A DNA stretch of 64,000 nt from Clostridiaceae bacterium (GCA_012839865.1 DUMO01000051.1:62001-126000); one strand, 5' to 3'; positions 9,527 through 20,869 are shown, counted from the stretch's first letter. Numbers and translations are program-made. The notes: a model not told the origin generated them from the letters alone.

Positions 9527-9778
9527 TTATTGATATTCCCAAGGCCATGGACTTTCGATCCATTTCCACGGATACCTCGGGTAGGGTGAACTTGCAGTAA
9601 GAGGGCCATATAATCTTTCATACATGTCTTTCAAAATTCTACTGCGGTTAACATAACAATTGTGCAAGCTGATAGCCCGCACGTCATGCGGGTGAGTATT
9701 CAAATACAGCTGCATGTCAATTGCTGCGAAATCATATGCCATTATTTCTCTAAGCAGTTTTTCACGTTCTTTTACCAT
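9527..9778 (-). CDS. cotJB: Spore coat protein CotJB
   Basis: LYLNTHP.D..A, YGPL, W.WI..PWPWE; directly upstream of cotJC. Confidence 0.93.
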   Translation of the reverse strand: MVKEREKLLREIMAYDFAAIDMQLYLNTHPHDVRAISLHNCYVNRSRILKDMYERLYGPLTASSPYPRYPWKWIESPWPWEYQ

Positions 9779-9793
9779 AATTACACCTCCAGT

Positions 9794-10003
9794 CTAGTGA
9801 TCAACCGTATATTCCGGATCCACGCCATAAGGCCTGTCAAGTTCAGGAAAAATTGTACCCTTGCCAAGCCCCACCATAGGCAGGTATACACAATTCAGTT
9901 CTTGAAAAGGAATATATGCCCGGGCCAGGTTTGTTTCAGGATAACAGCAATGGGCGTAATGCACATTATTCATACCATATAAGTGCTGCTGCATCATTAT
10001 CAA
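9794..10003 (-). CDS. cotJA: Spore coat protein CotJA
   Basis: LARAYIPFQ...GL..GTIFPEL.RPY; first gene of cotJABC. Confidence 0.9.
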   Translation of the reverse strand: MIMMQQHLYGMNNVHYAHCCYPETNLARAYIPFQELNCVYLPMVGLGKGTIFPELDRPYGVDPEYTVDH

Positions 10004-10249
10004 TTACCTCCAAACTAGTTTTCTTTATTAACATAATATTTTTAAAACACATGAAAAGTGCTTAAAATAAATAATTTGTCAAGATAATACAGGCCTGTTG
10101 CTTTTTATTGACTCTTGAATGTACAATTAGCTTATATAGCTATTTCACCTGGATTTATGACATAATCAGCAAAGGCTTATAAGGCTTTGGAATAAATAAA
10201 GAATTTCTCAATCAAAAATGTGAGTGGTGTTATTTATATAAGAAAGAAG

Positions 10250-11431
10250 ATGAAAAAAATGGATTTAATTTATGAAATTATCAAGAATATTGATTCCGAC
10301 AAACGAATAAATACAATATACACCGTAAAATTTGATAAAGATGCATTATTGTCACCTCCTTTCGGTTCATGGTTTATTAACGGATTTTATGCAATAAATA
10401 ATGGGATTATATTAACCCCTTCTGAGAATTGGAATACTTATATGCAATTTACCCAACCCATGCACTTTGATTGTGACGGTGTTAAATGGAAAATCCGTCT
10501 TAAGGATAAAAATTCAAAAATTAGAGTTGAAAGGCGCACATCTCCAATGAATGTTGGGTTCAGTTCCACAGTGGAATTGGATAATTGTGTTATGAGAATA
10601 TATCAGTCAGCAGTATCTGCTACTGAAATACCCTCAACTGTAATTGCAGAAAAAGCAACTGTTTTGGAATTGGGTAAAGGAAGAGAATACAATTTAGTAT
10701 TGGAATCATTTGGTGAAGTTCTGGAATTCACAATTGAAGATTCAGTAACGGGAGAAAAGGATACCATAAGCTATATTTCAACCGGAAAAGGAGTAAAAAA
10801 TGCAGGCCGTTGCTGGGATTACCCGCGCTTTTATGTTTACAAGGGCTGTGTCGAAATTTTACAATTTGATTATTTCAGTAATTTTCCCCATTCTCCCAAA
10901 GCACTTTTATTAGGCGACAGCATTATGGAGGGAGATACAATACGTAATCTTCCAGGCGGTGGTTACAATAACAGATGGGCAGGAATGCTATACAAAAAGC
11001 TAAATGGCAATGTAGCCATTTTAGGCACCGCAGGAGAAACCTCATCAGGAATAATACGGAAACTTCCTGTATTGGACAGGGCTTTCAAAAAACCTGAATA
11101 TGTTTTTCTTGCTCATATGGTCAATGATTATGTTTTTGATGTCTGGAAGACCAACACAGAAAAGGTTATTCAATTGTTTAAAAGAAAAGGTTCAACTCCA
11201 ATTATATGTATGATGCCCATGCGTTCCGGACGGGAAGAGTTTTATGATGCTGTTTTAGACTATGTTGAAAAATGTCCGTATAATGTAATATACTTTAATA
11301 AGGCATTAACGGTTAATAGTGATGGAAAAACACCAGATAAAAAATATTACATCGGCGATAAAATACATCCCAATGTATTGGGTCATTCTAAAATGTTTGA
11401 GCAGGTTTTACAGGATTTGGATTTTATTTAG
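10250..11431 (+). CDS. SGNH/GDSL hydrolase with uncharacterised N-terminal beta-rich domain
   Basis: LLGDS (block I), GTAGETS (II), MVND (III), DKIHPN..GH (V). Start uncertain (10220 GTG, 10250 or 10259 ATG). Confidence 0.8.
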   Translation: MKKMDLIYEIIKNIDSDKRINTIYTVKFDKDALLSPPFGSWFINGFYAINNGIILTPSENWNTYMQFTQPMHFDCDGVKWKIRLKDKNSKIRVERRTSPMNVGFSSTVELDNCVMRIYQSAVSATEIPSTVIAEKATVLELGKGREYNLVLESFGEVLEFTIEDSVTGEKDTISYISTGKGVKNAGRCWDYPRFYVYKGCVEILQFDYFSNFPHSPKALLLGDSIMEGDTIRNLPGGGYNNRWAGMLYKKLNGNVAILGTAGETSSGIIRKLPVLDRAFKKPEYVFLAHMVNDYVFDVWKTNTEKVIQLFKRKGSTPIICMMPMRSGREEFYDAVLDYVEKCPYNVIYFNKALTVNSDGKTPDKKYYIGDKIHPNVLGHSKMFEQVLQDLDFI

Positions 11432-11558
11432 GTGCTGAAAATACTGTTAAAGTCATTGTTTTCTTGCCCTATGTTTTACCTGGACAACCTTTTTATCATC
11501 TGTTAAAATATTGGTGTTTACACACAACCACCAATGTGTTAAAATTGTTTAGAATAAT

Positions 11559-11614
11559 AATCCATTTGCTTGGTTTTCAGGATTACTCCGACCGTTTACC
11601 AGGCTGATGGGGAT
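11559..11614 (+). promoter_or_regulatory. Probable S15 autoregulatory leader
   Basis: AATCCAT...ATGGGATT closed hairpin immediately before the rpsO SD; position matches known Bacillota S15 leaders. Confidence 0.55.
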
Positions 11615-11637
11615 TAAAAATACAGGAGGAAAAATCT

Positions 11638-11901
11638 ATGCTTAAGGATAGGAAAAAAGAAATTATTGAGACTTTCAAAATTAGTGAGAATGATACCGGT
11701 TCTCCGGAAGTTCAAATTGCCATTCTTACTGAGAGAATCAATGACTTGAATGAACACCTTAAAGTTCACAAGAATGACCACCATTCAAGAAGAGGACTTT
11801 TGAAAATGGTTGGTCAAAGAAGAGGTTTGTTAAACTATCTTCAGAAGAAAGATATTGAAAGATATCGCTCTATAATTTCAAGACTAAATTTGAGAAAGTA
11901 A
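11638..11901 (+). CDS. rpsO: 30S ribosomal protein S15
   Basis: [41 protein letters not shown]. Confidence 0.99.
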   Translation: MLKDRKKEIIETFKISENDTGSPEVQIAILTERINDLNEHLKVHKNDHHSRRGLLKMVGQRRGLLNYLQKKDIERYRSIISRLNLRK

Positions 11902-11956
11902 TCGGGATATACTTTATTTTTTCATTTTAGTCGGATTTGCTTCGCAGTTGACTCTT

Positions 11957-11984
11957 AAAAAGAGCGGAGTTTCCGCTCTTTTTT
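11957..11984 (+). terminator. Intrinsic terminator after rpsO
   Basis: AAAAAGAGCGGA-GTT-TCCGCTCTTTTTT. Confidence 0.85.
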
Positions 11985-12316
11985 AAGTTAACTCCCATCC
12001 CTTGGACGAAGCAATATATATTTTTGCCATTTGATTATCGCTCGAATAGTTGAAATTACATAGTTATTTTTTTAACATAAAGTAAATAATAAAACCATAA
12101 ACCAGGTAATTGAAAGATTATTAAAAGTATTACATATATTAATTAATTGCAGAATTCTTTAGAGTATATATAATTAATTTTTGCAAGAAGTATCAATTTT
12201 TATAATAAAAAAATTGAAACCATAGGCTGTAGAAGGTAGCTTGTTTATCGGAAATTTTTTTCCGGTACAGAATCTACATCCTACTGTCTGTGGTTTCAAC
12301 AAAGGAGGAAAACTAT

Positions 12317-14437
12317 ATGAAAAAAAGCTACAGGATGACCCTGGCAGGGAGAGAACTTGTAGTTGAAACAGGGCAGTTGGCTCAATTTGCGAATGGTTCC
12401 GCACTTGTAAGATATGGTGATACTGTTATTCTTTCAACTGCTACAGCTTCACCGACACCAAGAGAAGGAGTGGATTTTTTCCCATTATCAGTTGATTATG
12501 AAGAAAGATTATATGCAGTTGGAAAAATACCCGGCGGATTCATCAAAAGAGAAGGCAAGCCTTCTGAAAAAGCAATTCTGACATCAAGAGTAATTGACAG
12601 ACCAATAAGACCTTTATTCCCGAAAGATATGAGAAATGACGTAGCTGTTGTAAATACAGTGCTTTCCGTCGATCAGGACAATTCACCTGAAATCGCGGCA
12701 ATGATCGGAACTTCCGTTGCGCTGTCCATTTCCGACATACCTTTTTACGGACCTATCGGTGGAGTAGTATTAGGACTTGTAGATGACGAGGTTGTTATAA
12801 ACCCAAACACTGCCCAAAGGGAAAAGAGCAAAATGTATATCACTCTTGCTGCCACCAAGGAGAAAATTATGATGATCGAAGCCGGCGCAGACGAGGTTCC
12901 TGATGAAGTTGTATTAAATGCCATTAAAATTGGCCATGAAGAGATCAAAAGAATTGTCGATTTTATCAACGAAATAGTTGCCCAAATCGGCAAGCCCAAG
13001 TTTGAATACATTTCTTCAAATGTTCCCGAAGAAATAATGACCGCGGTAAGAGAATACACCTACGATAAAATTAAAGAAAAAATATTTGAACCTGATAAAG
13101 CAACCAGGGAGAACAATTTGAATCTGATTGCAGAAGATACGGTTCAGCACTTTGCTGAAACATTTCCTGAGATGGAAGTCAAAATCAAGGAAGCAGTTGA
13201 TCAGGTTCAAAAAGAAATTGTACGCAAAGCCATATTGGAAGAGGGCAAACGAGTTGACGGCAGAAGTCTTAATGATATAAGGGAACTGCATGGTGAAGTT
13301 GGAATTTTACCGAGAACACATGGTTCAGCACTGTTCCAGAGGGGACAAACCCAGGTTCTTACCACAGTCACTTTAGGGGCCATGGGAGATGTGCAGATGC
13401 TGGACGGTATTGATTTGGATGAGACAAAAAGGTATATGCATCACTACAATTTCCCCTCATTCAGCGTAGGGGAGACCAAGCCCTCAAGAGGTCCGGGCAG
13501 AAGGGAAATCGGACACGGTGCATTGGCGGAAAGAGCTTTGGAACCTGTCATTCCAAAGGAAGACATGTTCCCGTATGCAATAAGACTGGTGTCTGAAGTC
13601 CTTATGTCCAACGGTTCCACATCCCAGGGAAGCGTATGTGCAAGCACAATGGCATTGATGGATGCAGGAGTTCCCATTAGAAATCCCGTAGCCGGAATAT
13701 CTGCAGGGCTTGTTACCGACGAAAGCAACGAAGACCGCTATGTAACTTTCATGGATATCCAGGGAATAGAAGATTTTTATGGTGATATGGACTTCAAGGT
13801 TGCCGGGACTAAGAACGGTATAACAGCAATTCAAATGGATATCAAAGTTAAAGGCATCAGTTACAATGTTATTGAAGACGCTTTCAATCTTACCAGGATG
13901 GGGCGGTTTAAAATAATTGATGAGGTTATATTGAAAGCGCTGCCGGAACCCAGAAAGAACTTGTCAGAATATGCACCCAAAGTTATCGCTACTAAAATTG
14001 ACCCTGACAAGATCAGAGACGTTATTGGCCCCGGTGGAAAGACTATTAATAAAATCATTGCCGAGACCGGCGTAAAGATTGATATTGATGATGACGGAAA
14101 CGTATTTGTTACAAGTCCTGATCAAAAATCCGGAAACCGTGCTATACAAATTATTGAAGGTATCGGAAAAAATATAGAACCCGGACAAATTTTCCTGGGC
14201 AAGGTAATAAGGACCACAAGCTTTGGTGCCTTTGTTGAGTTCCTGCCCGGAAAAGAAGGACTGGTTCATATTTCGAAACTTGATAACAAACGGGTGCAAA
14301 AAGTTGAGGACGTCGTAAATGTTGGAGATGAAATTATGGTTATGGTTTTGGATATTGACCGTCAGGGAAGGATAAACCTCTCCAGGAAGGATGCGATTTC
14401 CTCAAACAACAACAACGACAATAATAACAAGAATTAA
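12317..14437 (+). CDS. pnp: Polyribonucleotide nucleotidyltransferase (PNPase)
   Basis: [38 protein letters not shown] and S1 domains; AAAGGAGG SD before ATG 12317. Confidence 0.99.
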   Translation: MKKSYRMTLAGRELVVETGQLAQFANGSALVRYGDTVILSTATASPTPREGVDFFPLSVDYEERLYAVGKIPGGFIKREGKPSEKAILTSRVIDRPIRPLFPKDMRNDVAVVNTVLSVDQDNSPEIAAMIGTSVALSISDIPFYGPIGGVVLGLVDDEVVINPNTAQREKSKMYITLAATKEKIMMIEAGADEVPDEVVLNAIKIGHEEIKRIVDFINEIVAQIGKPKFEYISSNVPEEIMTAVREYTYDKIKEKIFEPDKATRENNLNLIAEDTVQHFAETFPEMEVKIKEAVDQVQKEIVRKAILEEGKRVDGRSLNDIRELHGEVGILPRTHGSALFQRGQTQVLTTVTLGAMGDVQMLDGIDLDETKRYMHHYNFPSFSVGETKPSRGPGRREIGHGALAERALEPVIPKEDMFPYAIRLVSEVLMSNGSTSQGSVCASTMALMDAGVPIRNPVAGISAGLVTDESNEDRYVTFMDIQGIEDFYGDMDFKVAGTKNGITAIQMDIKVKGISYNVIEDAFNLTRMGRFKIIDEVILKALPEPRKNLSEYAPKVIATKIDPDKIRDVIGPGGKTINKIIAETGVKIDIDDDGNVFVTSPDQKSGNRAIQIIEGIGKNIEPGQIFLGKVIRTTSFGAFVEFLPGKEGLVHISKLDNKRVQKVEDVVNVGDEIMVMVLDIDRQGRINLSRKDAISSNNNNDNNNKN

Positions 14438-14484
14438 AGAGTCAACCAGCACACTAATTTAAACAGGATAATTGAATTGTTTAT

Positions 14485-14518
14485 ATAACCGGGGTTTTAC
14501 ACCCCGGTTATGTTTTTT
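14485..14518 (+). terminator. Intrinsic terminator after pnp
   Basis: ATAACCGGGG...CCCCGGTTAT followed by a T-tract. Confidence 0.8.
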
Positions 14519-14573
14519 CATGCTTAGAATATTTCTCTTCCTCCGATAAAGAATAATCAAGTCAATAAAACAA

Positions 14574-14603
14574 GCACCCTTAATTATGAAAGTACATATT
14601 ATG
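14574..14603 (+). promoter_or_regulatory. Possible sigma-K promoter for spoVFAB
   Basis: GCACC-N16-CATATTATG; spoVF is sigma-K-dependent in B. subtilis. Confidence 0.45.
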
Positions 14604-14647
14604 TAGTGTTCATCTGTTACTATGATATTGCTTGGAGGGTTTTACAT

Positions 14648-15520
14648 ATGACTAAAAAGAGTTTTTCCATTATTGGAGGAGATTTAAGAAGCATCAAGCT
14701 TGCAAACTTGTTAATTGAGGATGATAACAAAGTTAAAATTTTCGGATTTGAAAATGCAGGATTTGACCTTGGCATAGCCGAATCCGACAGCCTGTTTGAC
14801 GCCATCAATCAAACAGATATTGTCATCGGACCAATTCCTTTTTCAAACGATAATGAAAATCTAAATGCTCCGTTTAGTAAAAATCCCATACCTATTTATG
14901 ATGTATTCAGCAATATTAAAGACAACCAATTGCTGATTGCCGGAGTAATAAGCAAAAAAATAGCTCAAATTTCCAAGGAGTATAATGTTTGTTCCATAGA
15001 CTTGTTAAACAGGGAAGAAATGGCAATACTTAACGCAATACCTACGGCAGAAGGCGCTATAAAAATTGCTATTGAAGAAACGCCAACTACTTTGCACAAT
15101 TCAAATGTCCTTGTTCTTGGTTTTGGCAGAATAGGCAAAACTCTTGCAAGGATGCTTAAAGGTATTGGTGCCAATGTATATGTGGAAGCAAGAAAATACT
15201 CGGATCTGGCATGGATTCAAAGCAGCGGCTATATTCCCGTACCCCTGGATGATTTGGCAAATTACCTGCCCAGAATGAATATAATTTTCAACACAATTCC
15301 ACATGTAATACTTAACTATGACCTGCTATACAGAATTGACAGGGATTGCCTTATCATTGACCTGGCATCAAAACCGGGAGGGGTGGACTTTGAAAAAGCC
15401 AGGGAATTAGGTTTGAACACCATATGGGCGCTTTCACTGCCCGGCAAGATTGCGCCGGTTACTGCCGCAAAATTTATAAAAGATACCATTTACAATATTA
15501 TTGAGGAACTGGGGGGCTGA
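14648..15520 (+). CDS. spoVFA: Dipicolinate synthase subunit A
   Basis: IIGGDLR, NAIPTAEGAI, GFGRIGK, IIDLASKPGGVDF, LSLPGKIAP.TA; GGAGG before ATG 14648. Confidence 0.97.
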   Translation: MTKKSFSIIGGDLRSIKLANLLIEDDNKVKIFGFENAGFDLGIAESDSLFDAINQTDIVIGPIPFSNDNENLNAPFSKNPIPIYDVFSNIKDNQLLIAGVISKKIAQISKEYNVCSIDLLNREEMAILNAIPTAEGAIKIAIEETPTTLHNSNVLVLGFGRIGKTLARMLKGIGANVYVEARKYSDLAWIQSSGYIPVPLDDLANYLPRMNIIFNTIPHVILNYDLLYRIDRDCLIIDLASKPGGVDFEKARELGLNTIWALSLPGKIAPVTAAKFIKDTIYNIIEELGG

Positions 15521-15522
15521 AA

Positions 15523-16101
15523 ATGAGTTTAAAGAACTTGAATGTAGGTTTTGCAGTTACCGGATCTTTTTGCACATTTGCTAAGATCATCCCTGTAATA
15601 AAACAATTGCTGGACGAAGGAGCTGATGTACATCCCATAGTGTCTGAAACTGTCAATTCTACAGATACAAGGTTTGGCACTGCAAAGGACTTCATGAACA
15701 AGCTGGTTGAATTGACAGGGAAGAAGGTTATATCTTCAATTGTGGATGCCGAGCCGATAGGGCCGAAATCTTTGCTCGATGTTCTTGTAATAGCACCATG
15801 CACCGGAAACACCCTTGCAAAGATCGCCAACGGGATCAGCGACTCTGCAGTGACAATGGCATGCAAGGCACAGCTTAGAAATCAAAGACCTGTAATAATT
15901 GCAATTTCCACAAATGACGGTTTGTCCGGAAATGCCCAGAACATAGGAATTGTACTTAACAGAAAAAACATATACATGGTTCCTTTTGGCCAGGATGATC
16001 CAAAAAACAAGCAAAATTCCCTGGTAGCCGACTACAGCAAGATTATTCCAACAATTTTGCATGCCCTGGAAGGCAGGCAAATTCACCCTATATTGATTTG
16101 A
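15523..16101 (+). CDS. spoVFB: Dipicolinate synthase subunit B
   Basis: GFAVTGSFCT, TDTRFG, APCTGNTLAK.ANG, FGQDDP..K..SL. Confidence 0.97.
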   Translation: MSLKNLNVGFAVTGSFCTFAKIIPVIKQLLDEGADVHPIVSETVNSTDTRFGTAKDFMNKLVELTGKKVISSIVDAEPIGPKSLLDVLVIAPCTGNTLAKIANGISDSAVTMACKAQLRNQRPVIIAISTNDGLSGNAQNIGIVLNRKNIYMVPFGQDDPKNKQNSLVADYSKIIPTILHALEGRQIHPILI

Positions 16102-16326
16102 TTGCATATTAAAAAGCACAATTGCATGTTCGCACACATTGATGTGTGCTTTTTTTAATGGCAAAAAATTAAACATGAGGAAATAAGCCGATATGCTTTT
16201 TTTTGAAATAATATTTTAAATTTAAAGCATAATATTTTGTGTATAGCAGTTCTATACGGGTTTCAACCAATGTGCTTTTTTATGACTGATCAAACTTATA
16301 AAATTTTCATCTATATGACATAGGAA

Positions 16327-17064
16327 GTGAAGTTGTTGAGAGAAGAAAACAAGGTTACTTTTGGGAACATGACGCCTGAAAAAACCGAAACTGAAGAAAA
16401 AAAGGACCAAACCAGGGATTTGATTGAACTGGGCAATACCTCTGTATCAAATCCCAAGGGAAACATTCATTGCCTTACAATTATTGGCCAGATAGAAGGG
16501 CATATAGTCCTTCCGCCGCAAAACAAAACAACAAAGTATGAGCATGTTATTCCCCAGCTTGTAGCAATAGAAGAGGACAATCAAATTGACGGCCTTTTAT
16601 TGGTTTTGAATACTGTCGGGGGGGATGTGGAAGCAGGACTTGCAATAGCTGAAATGATTGCCAGCATGTCAAAGCCAACTGTATCACTTATTTTAGGCGG
16701 CGGTCACAGTATAGGCGTACCTATGGCTGTTTCAACAAAGTATTCCTTTATCGCTCCTTCCGCAACCATGACCATTCATCCCATACGGCTGACCGGGCTG
16801 GTAATAGGAGTACCCCAGACATACGAATATTTCGACAAAATGCAGGAAAGGGTTGTTCAATTTGTTTCAAGAAATTCCAATATATCCGTCGAAAAATTCA
16901 GAAGCCTTATGTTGAAAACCGGCGAACTGGCAAATGATGTGGGTACGGTTTTGTTTGGCGAGGAGGCTGTGAACTGTGGTATAATTGATGCAGTGGGAGG
17001 GCTCAGGGAAGCTCTGGCAAAACTGTATGAATTAATAAATGAATCCAAGAAACCAAATGCTTGA
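16327..17064 (+). CDS. tepA: ClpP-like protein TepA
   Basis: [43 protein letters not shown]; spoVF-tepA-ylzJ-spoIIIE synteny. Confidence 0.9.
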   Translation: MKLLREENKVTFGNMTPEKTETEEKKDQTRDLIELGNTSVSNPKGNIHCLTIIGQIEGHIVLPPQNKTTKYEHVIPQLVAIEEDNQIDGLLLVLNTVGGDVEAGLAIAEMIASMSKPTVSLILGGGHSIGVPMAVSTKYSFIAPSATMTIHPIRLTGLVIGVPQTYEYFDKMQERVVQFVSRNSNISVEKFRSLMLKTGELANDVGTVLFGEEAVNCGIIDAVGGLREALAKLYELINESKKPNA

Positions 17065-17112
17065 AGAAGCATGGACCAGGTAGAATATTTGCAACACAGG
17101 AGGAAACATTAA

Positions 17113-17355
17113 ATGATTATTCATTCAATTGTGCCCATGGATGTAATTTTCAACAATATGGAAGACTGTAACGGCAAACCCCTCGAAATTGAATATATGG
17201 GGGAAAAAATCGAAGTAATGCCACTTTCCAATAATCAATATAAAATCAGCCGTTTGCTCAGCACTTCTCCAAAAGCTTATTTGAATCCGCTTTTCCAGCC
17301 CGGCAATATAATAACTGGCATTGATTTAGAAAAAAATGAAAAAAAAATAAGATAA
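17113..17355 (+). CDS. ylzJ: YlzJ-like protein
   Basis: MIIHSIVP...RLLST.P..YL.P..QPG; position between tepA and spoIIIE. Confidence 0.85.
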   Translation: MIIHSIVPMDVIFNNMEDCNGKPLEIEYMGEKIEVMPLSNNQYKISRLLSTSPKAYLNPLFQPGNIITGIDLEKNEKKIR

Positions 17356-17642
17356 TATAATGAATTTGCCGATTCATACATTTCATTTTTCAGTTTTCTA
17401 TGCTTTGTTACAGCATTAATTTGATTTTTATTAATAAATACCCCTGTTCAGCAAGAAATCGAACAGATAAATTGCATGCTGTAGAAAAAAAATAGATTTT
17501 ATGGTATATTTTATTTAGTCAGGTGCTGTAAATTTTCTTTAAATTTTGCAGTAAGGAAAAAATTGTTTTTTATTTGGAGAAAACTGAAGAGAACTTTTTT
17601 TACAGAGAATACACAATTGGATTTTCTTTGGGGGTGCAAAAA

Positions 17643-19931
17643 TTGAGTGTGAGAAAAATACAAAAGAAAAAAGGCGGTAACATATTTTCCGGTTTAGAGA
17701 ACGAAATAATCGGAATATTATTGTTGGGTACAGGGCTGCTCTTCGCCTTAAGTTTTTTTTATGAAGAAGCTGTAGGCATTTTCGGCAACTTTATCAGAAA
17801 TCTTTTTTTAGGCCTTATGGGCATGCCGGCTCTTCTGATTCCGTCATTCATCATTGTATATGCGATTTTTGTAATATTTAAGAAAAACAACCCCCTTATC
17901 AACAGGAGAATAATCTGTATTTTTGTATTGCTTTTATTGATATCCTGCATTCTTCACATAATTCACTGGAGCAGCTTTGAGGAAATTTATGAAAACAGAA
18001 CATTTTGGGGCTATATGTCCGTTGCATATGAGCATGGAAAAACTCTTGACAACGGAGGTTTGATAGGAGGCCTTGTCACAGCACCCCTTTTGAAAATGTT
18101 CTATGTTGCCGGTACTTCGGTTATTATCGGCACTTTTCTTGCCATTGATATAATTCTGCTTCTTGATATATCCCTGGTAAAATTGCTTATCAGCTTGAAA
18201 AATCGTATTGGCAATTACTTTAAAAATTTCGTGAACAGGCTCAAGAAAATTGATATTGCTGCAGGGGAAGGCATTGAAGGCAAAGCACCAGGAAAAAAGA
18301 AAACAGAGGCTAAAAAACAACCGGTTGAAGAATATAAAGATGCCTGGCTTTCTCAGGATGAGGAACCGGATCCTATTAATTTTTTCATGAAAGATATAAA
18401 AAATGATGTTGAAATTAATGTAAAGAAGGCGAAAAAACAGCCTGCGGAAGAGATTAAAGTCGACTTGAGCAGTCATCCCGGGTACAAGTTTCCTTCCTTT
18501 GACCTGCTGAATGAGCCTAATCAGGAAAATGCGGACATGAATGAAATCAGAAATGCAGCTCTGGAAGGTGCCCGAAAACTTGAGGAAACCCTTTCAAGCT
18601 TTGGCGTAAATGCCAAAGTCATAAATATCAGCCGGGGGCCTACAATTACCCGATATGAACTGCAGCCAAGTCCTGGAGTAAAAGTAAGCAGGATAGTCAA
18701 TCTTTCTGACGATATTTCCCTTAACCTGGCATCTATGGGAGTAAGAATAGAAGCGCCCATCCCCGGTAAGGCTGCAATTGGCATTGAAGTGCCTAATAAA
18801 GAAATTGCAACAGTTACTATAAGAGAGGTTCTTGAGTCGCCGGAATTTTCAAAACACCCTTCGAAACTGGCCTTTGCTTTAGGCAAGGATATTTCCGGTG
18901 AATGTATTGTCGCAGATATTGCAAAAATGCCCCATTTGCTTATAGCAGGCCAAACCGGTGCCGGAAAAAGCGTATGCATCAACAATTTGATTATAAGCAT
19001 TCTTTACAAGGCTGCTCCTGACGAAGTAAAACTTCTTCTAATTGACCCAAAAGTCGTGGAACTGGGAGTATACAACGGCATTCCACACCTTTTGATACCT
19101 GTTGTGACAGACCCGAAAAAAGCTGCAGGAGCATTAAACTGGGCAGTGCAGGAAATGGTTGACAGGTATAAGCTGTTTGCAGAAGAAGGCGTCAAGGATA
19201 TAAAAGGATACAATAATCTTATGATGCAAAACAGCCAGCAGTTATTGCCGCAAATAGTAATTATTATTGACGAGCTTGCAGATTTGATGATGGTTGCGCC
19301 AAATGACGTTGAAGATGCCATATGCAGGCTTACCCAGATGGCAAGGGCGGCAGGAATGCATCTGGTTATTGCAACCCAAAGGCCTTCTGTTGATGTTATT
19401 ACCGGTGTAATAAAAGCCAATATCCCTTCAAGAATTGCCTTTGCCGTAGCTTCACAGGTTGATTCAAGAACCATTCTTGATATGGCAGGGGCCGAGAAGC
19501 TGTTGGGTAAAGGTGACATGCTATTCCATCCTTCCGGCAAATCCAAGCCGGTAAGAATTCAAGGCGCTCTTGTTCTGGAAGATGAGATTGACAATGTAAT
19601 CAAGTTTGTCAAGGAGCAGGGAGAAACTCAATATGACAACAATATAATTGAAGAAATAGAATCCCAAAACGGACCTGCCGGTGAAGGCGACGATGATGCC
19701 GATGAATTACTGCCCGAAGTCATTGAAATGGTTGTTGATGCAGGTCAGGCATCTGTATCAATGGTTCAAAGAAGATTCAGGGTCGGTTACGCAAGAGCAG
19801 CAAGAATCATTGATCAAATGCAGCAGAGAGGTATTGTTGGAGGATTTGAAGGAAGCAAGCCCCGCCAGGTTTTGATTACAAAACAGCAACTGCAGGAGAT
19901 GAAACTGAAGGATGACGACCGGTTAAAATAG
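17643..19931 (+). CDS. spoIIIE: DNA translocase FtsK/SpoIIIE
   Basis: N-terminal TM domain, HLLIAGQTGAGKS Walker A, IIIDELADLMM, LATQRPS-type motif, gamma domain ASVSMVQRRFRVGYARAARIID. Start moved to TTG 17643 (GGGGTG SD). Confidence 0.97.
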   Translation: MSVRKIQKKKGGNIFSGLENEIIGILLLGTGLLFALSFFYEEAVGIFGNFIRNLFLGLMGMPALLIPSFIIVYAIFVIFKKNNPLINRRIICIFVLLLLISCILHIIHWSSFEEIYENRTFWGYMSVAYEHGKTLDNGGLIGGLVTAPLLKMFYVAGTSVIIGTFLAIDIILLLDISLVKLLISLKNRIGNYFKNFVNRLKKIDIAAGEGIEGKAPGKKKTEAKKQPVEEYKDAWLSQDEEPDPINFFMKDIKNDVEINVKKAKKQPAEEIKVDLSSHPGYKFPSFDLLNEPNQENADMNEIRNAALEGARKLEETLSSFGVNAKVINISRGPTITRYELQPSPGVKVSRIVNLSDDISLNLASMGVRIEAPIPGKAAIGIEVPNKEIATVTIREVLESPEFSKHPSKLAFALGKDISGECIVADIAKMPHLLIAGQTGAGKSVCINNLIISILYKAAPDEVKLLLIDPKVVELGVYNGIPHLLIPVVTDPKKAAGALNWAVQEMVDRYKLFAEEGVKDIKGYNNLMMQNSQQLLPQIVIIIDELADLMMVAPNDVEDAICRLTQMARAAGMHLVIATQRPSVDVITGVIKANIPSRIAFAVASQVDSRTILDMAGAEKLLGKGDMLFHPSGKSKPVRIQGALVLEDEIDNVIKFVKEQGETQYDNNIIEEIESQNGPAGEGDDDADELLPEVIEMVVDAGQASVSMVQRRFRVGYARAARIIDQMQQRGIVGGFEGSKPRQVLITKQQLQEMKLKDDDRLK

Positions 19932-19957
19932 ATACGTTTTTTAAGGAGGGTAACAAC

Positions 19958-20869
19958 ATGTCTTTCTTTGTTGTTTTTGTATTAACCCTTATGTTTCTGT
20001 TTCTTTTATATACGCTTTACCGCTATTTCAGGAGAAGAACGATTGCTACTTTAATCACCCTTTGCGGGCAGGTTTTTATATTAACAATTGCAGTATTATG
20101 CCTTGCATATAAAATCAATGTGGTAAATATTCATCTTGTGGAACTGGGATATATAATTTTAGGTATTGCTGCACCGTTCATATTGCTGCTGTATGACTAT
20201 ATAACCATGATTTCAGACTTTAAACGCCAGGAATCTTTTGAAGGTCTTGTTCAAAGAGTTGTCAGGCCGGAAAAAAAGAAAGCAGACATTAGCAATATTA
20301 ACTCTATTTGCCGTGAGCAAACAGTAAGTGAATTACTCGATGACCTGAATATCTCTGACGAAAGCATAATAAGGAATATCAGACGGCATATCTTGCAAGC
20401 GCAGCTATACATCAATACAAAGAACTACAACAAGGCATACAGCATATACAAGCCAATTGTTTCGGTTATAAGCACAAGCCCCTCAATATATTACAACCTG
20501 GGAAATATATGTTTTTATCGGGAAAAATACAATGAAGCAATAAGCTGTTACAAAAAGGTAATCAATATTTATGAGGAATTGTATAAAGAATTCAAAACAA
20601 ACAAAATCAGAACCTTGAAGCATAAAAAGCGCAGCAGATATCTGGATATTTACAACAAGATTCAGGCAATAAAAAATCATGAATATAAAGTCTATTACAA
20701 TATTGGGAATTGCCTTGCAAAATTGAACCGGTTCAGTGAGGCCAGAGAATACTACTCCATGGCTTCGGAGCTAAACCCGGAATTCGAGGAGGCAAAGCAA
20801 AATATAGCATTTTGCCTATCCGGCGGCGGGAAGGAAGACTCTCTTTTGCAGCAGAAAAACAAGGTATGA
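19958..20869 (+). CDS. Membrane-anchored tetratricopeptide repeat protein
   Basis: Three N-terminal TM segments; TPR units IYYNLGNICFYREKYNEAISCYKK and VYYNIGNCLAKLNRFSEAREYY. Confidence 0.85.
   Translation: MSFFVVFVLTLMFLFLLYTLYRYFRRRTIATLITLCGQVFILTIAVLCLAYKINVVNIHLVELGYIILGIAAPFILLLYDYITMISDFKRQESFEGLVQRVVRPEKKKADISNINSICREQTVSELLDDLNISDESIIRNIRRHILQAQLYINTKNYNKAYSIYKPIVSVISTSPSIYYNLGNICFYREKYNEAISCYKKVINIYEELYKEFKTNKIRTLKHKKRSRYLDIYNKIQAIKNHEYKVYYNIGNCLAKLNRFSEAREYYSMASELNPEFEEAKQNIAFCLSGGGKEDSLLQQKNKV

Noticed and set aside
15523..16101. spoVFB interrupted by a recombinase-excised element, as in some bacilli
   Set aside because: spoVFB is an intact continuous ORF here.
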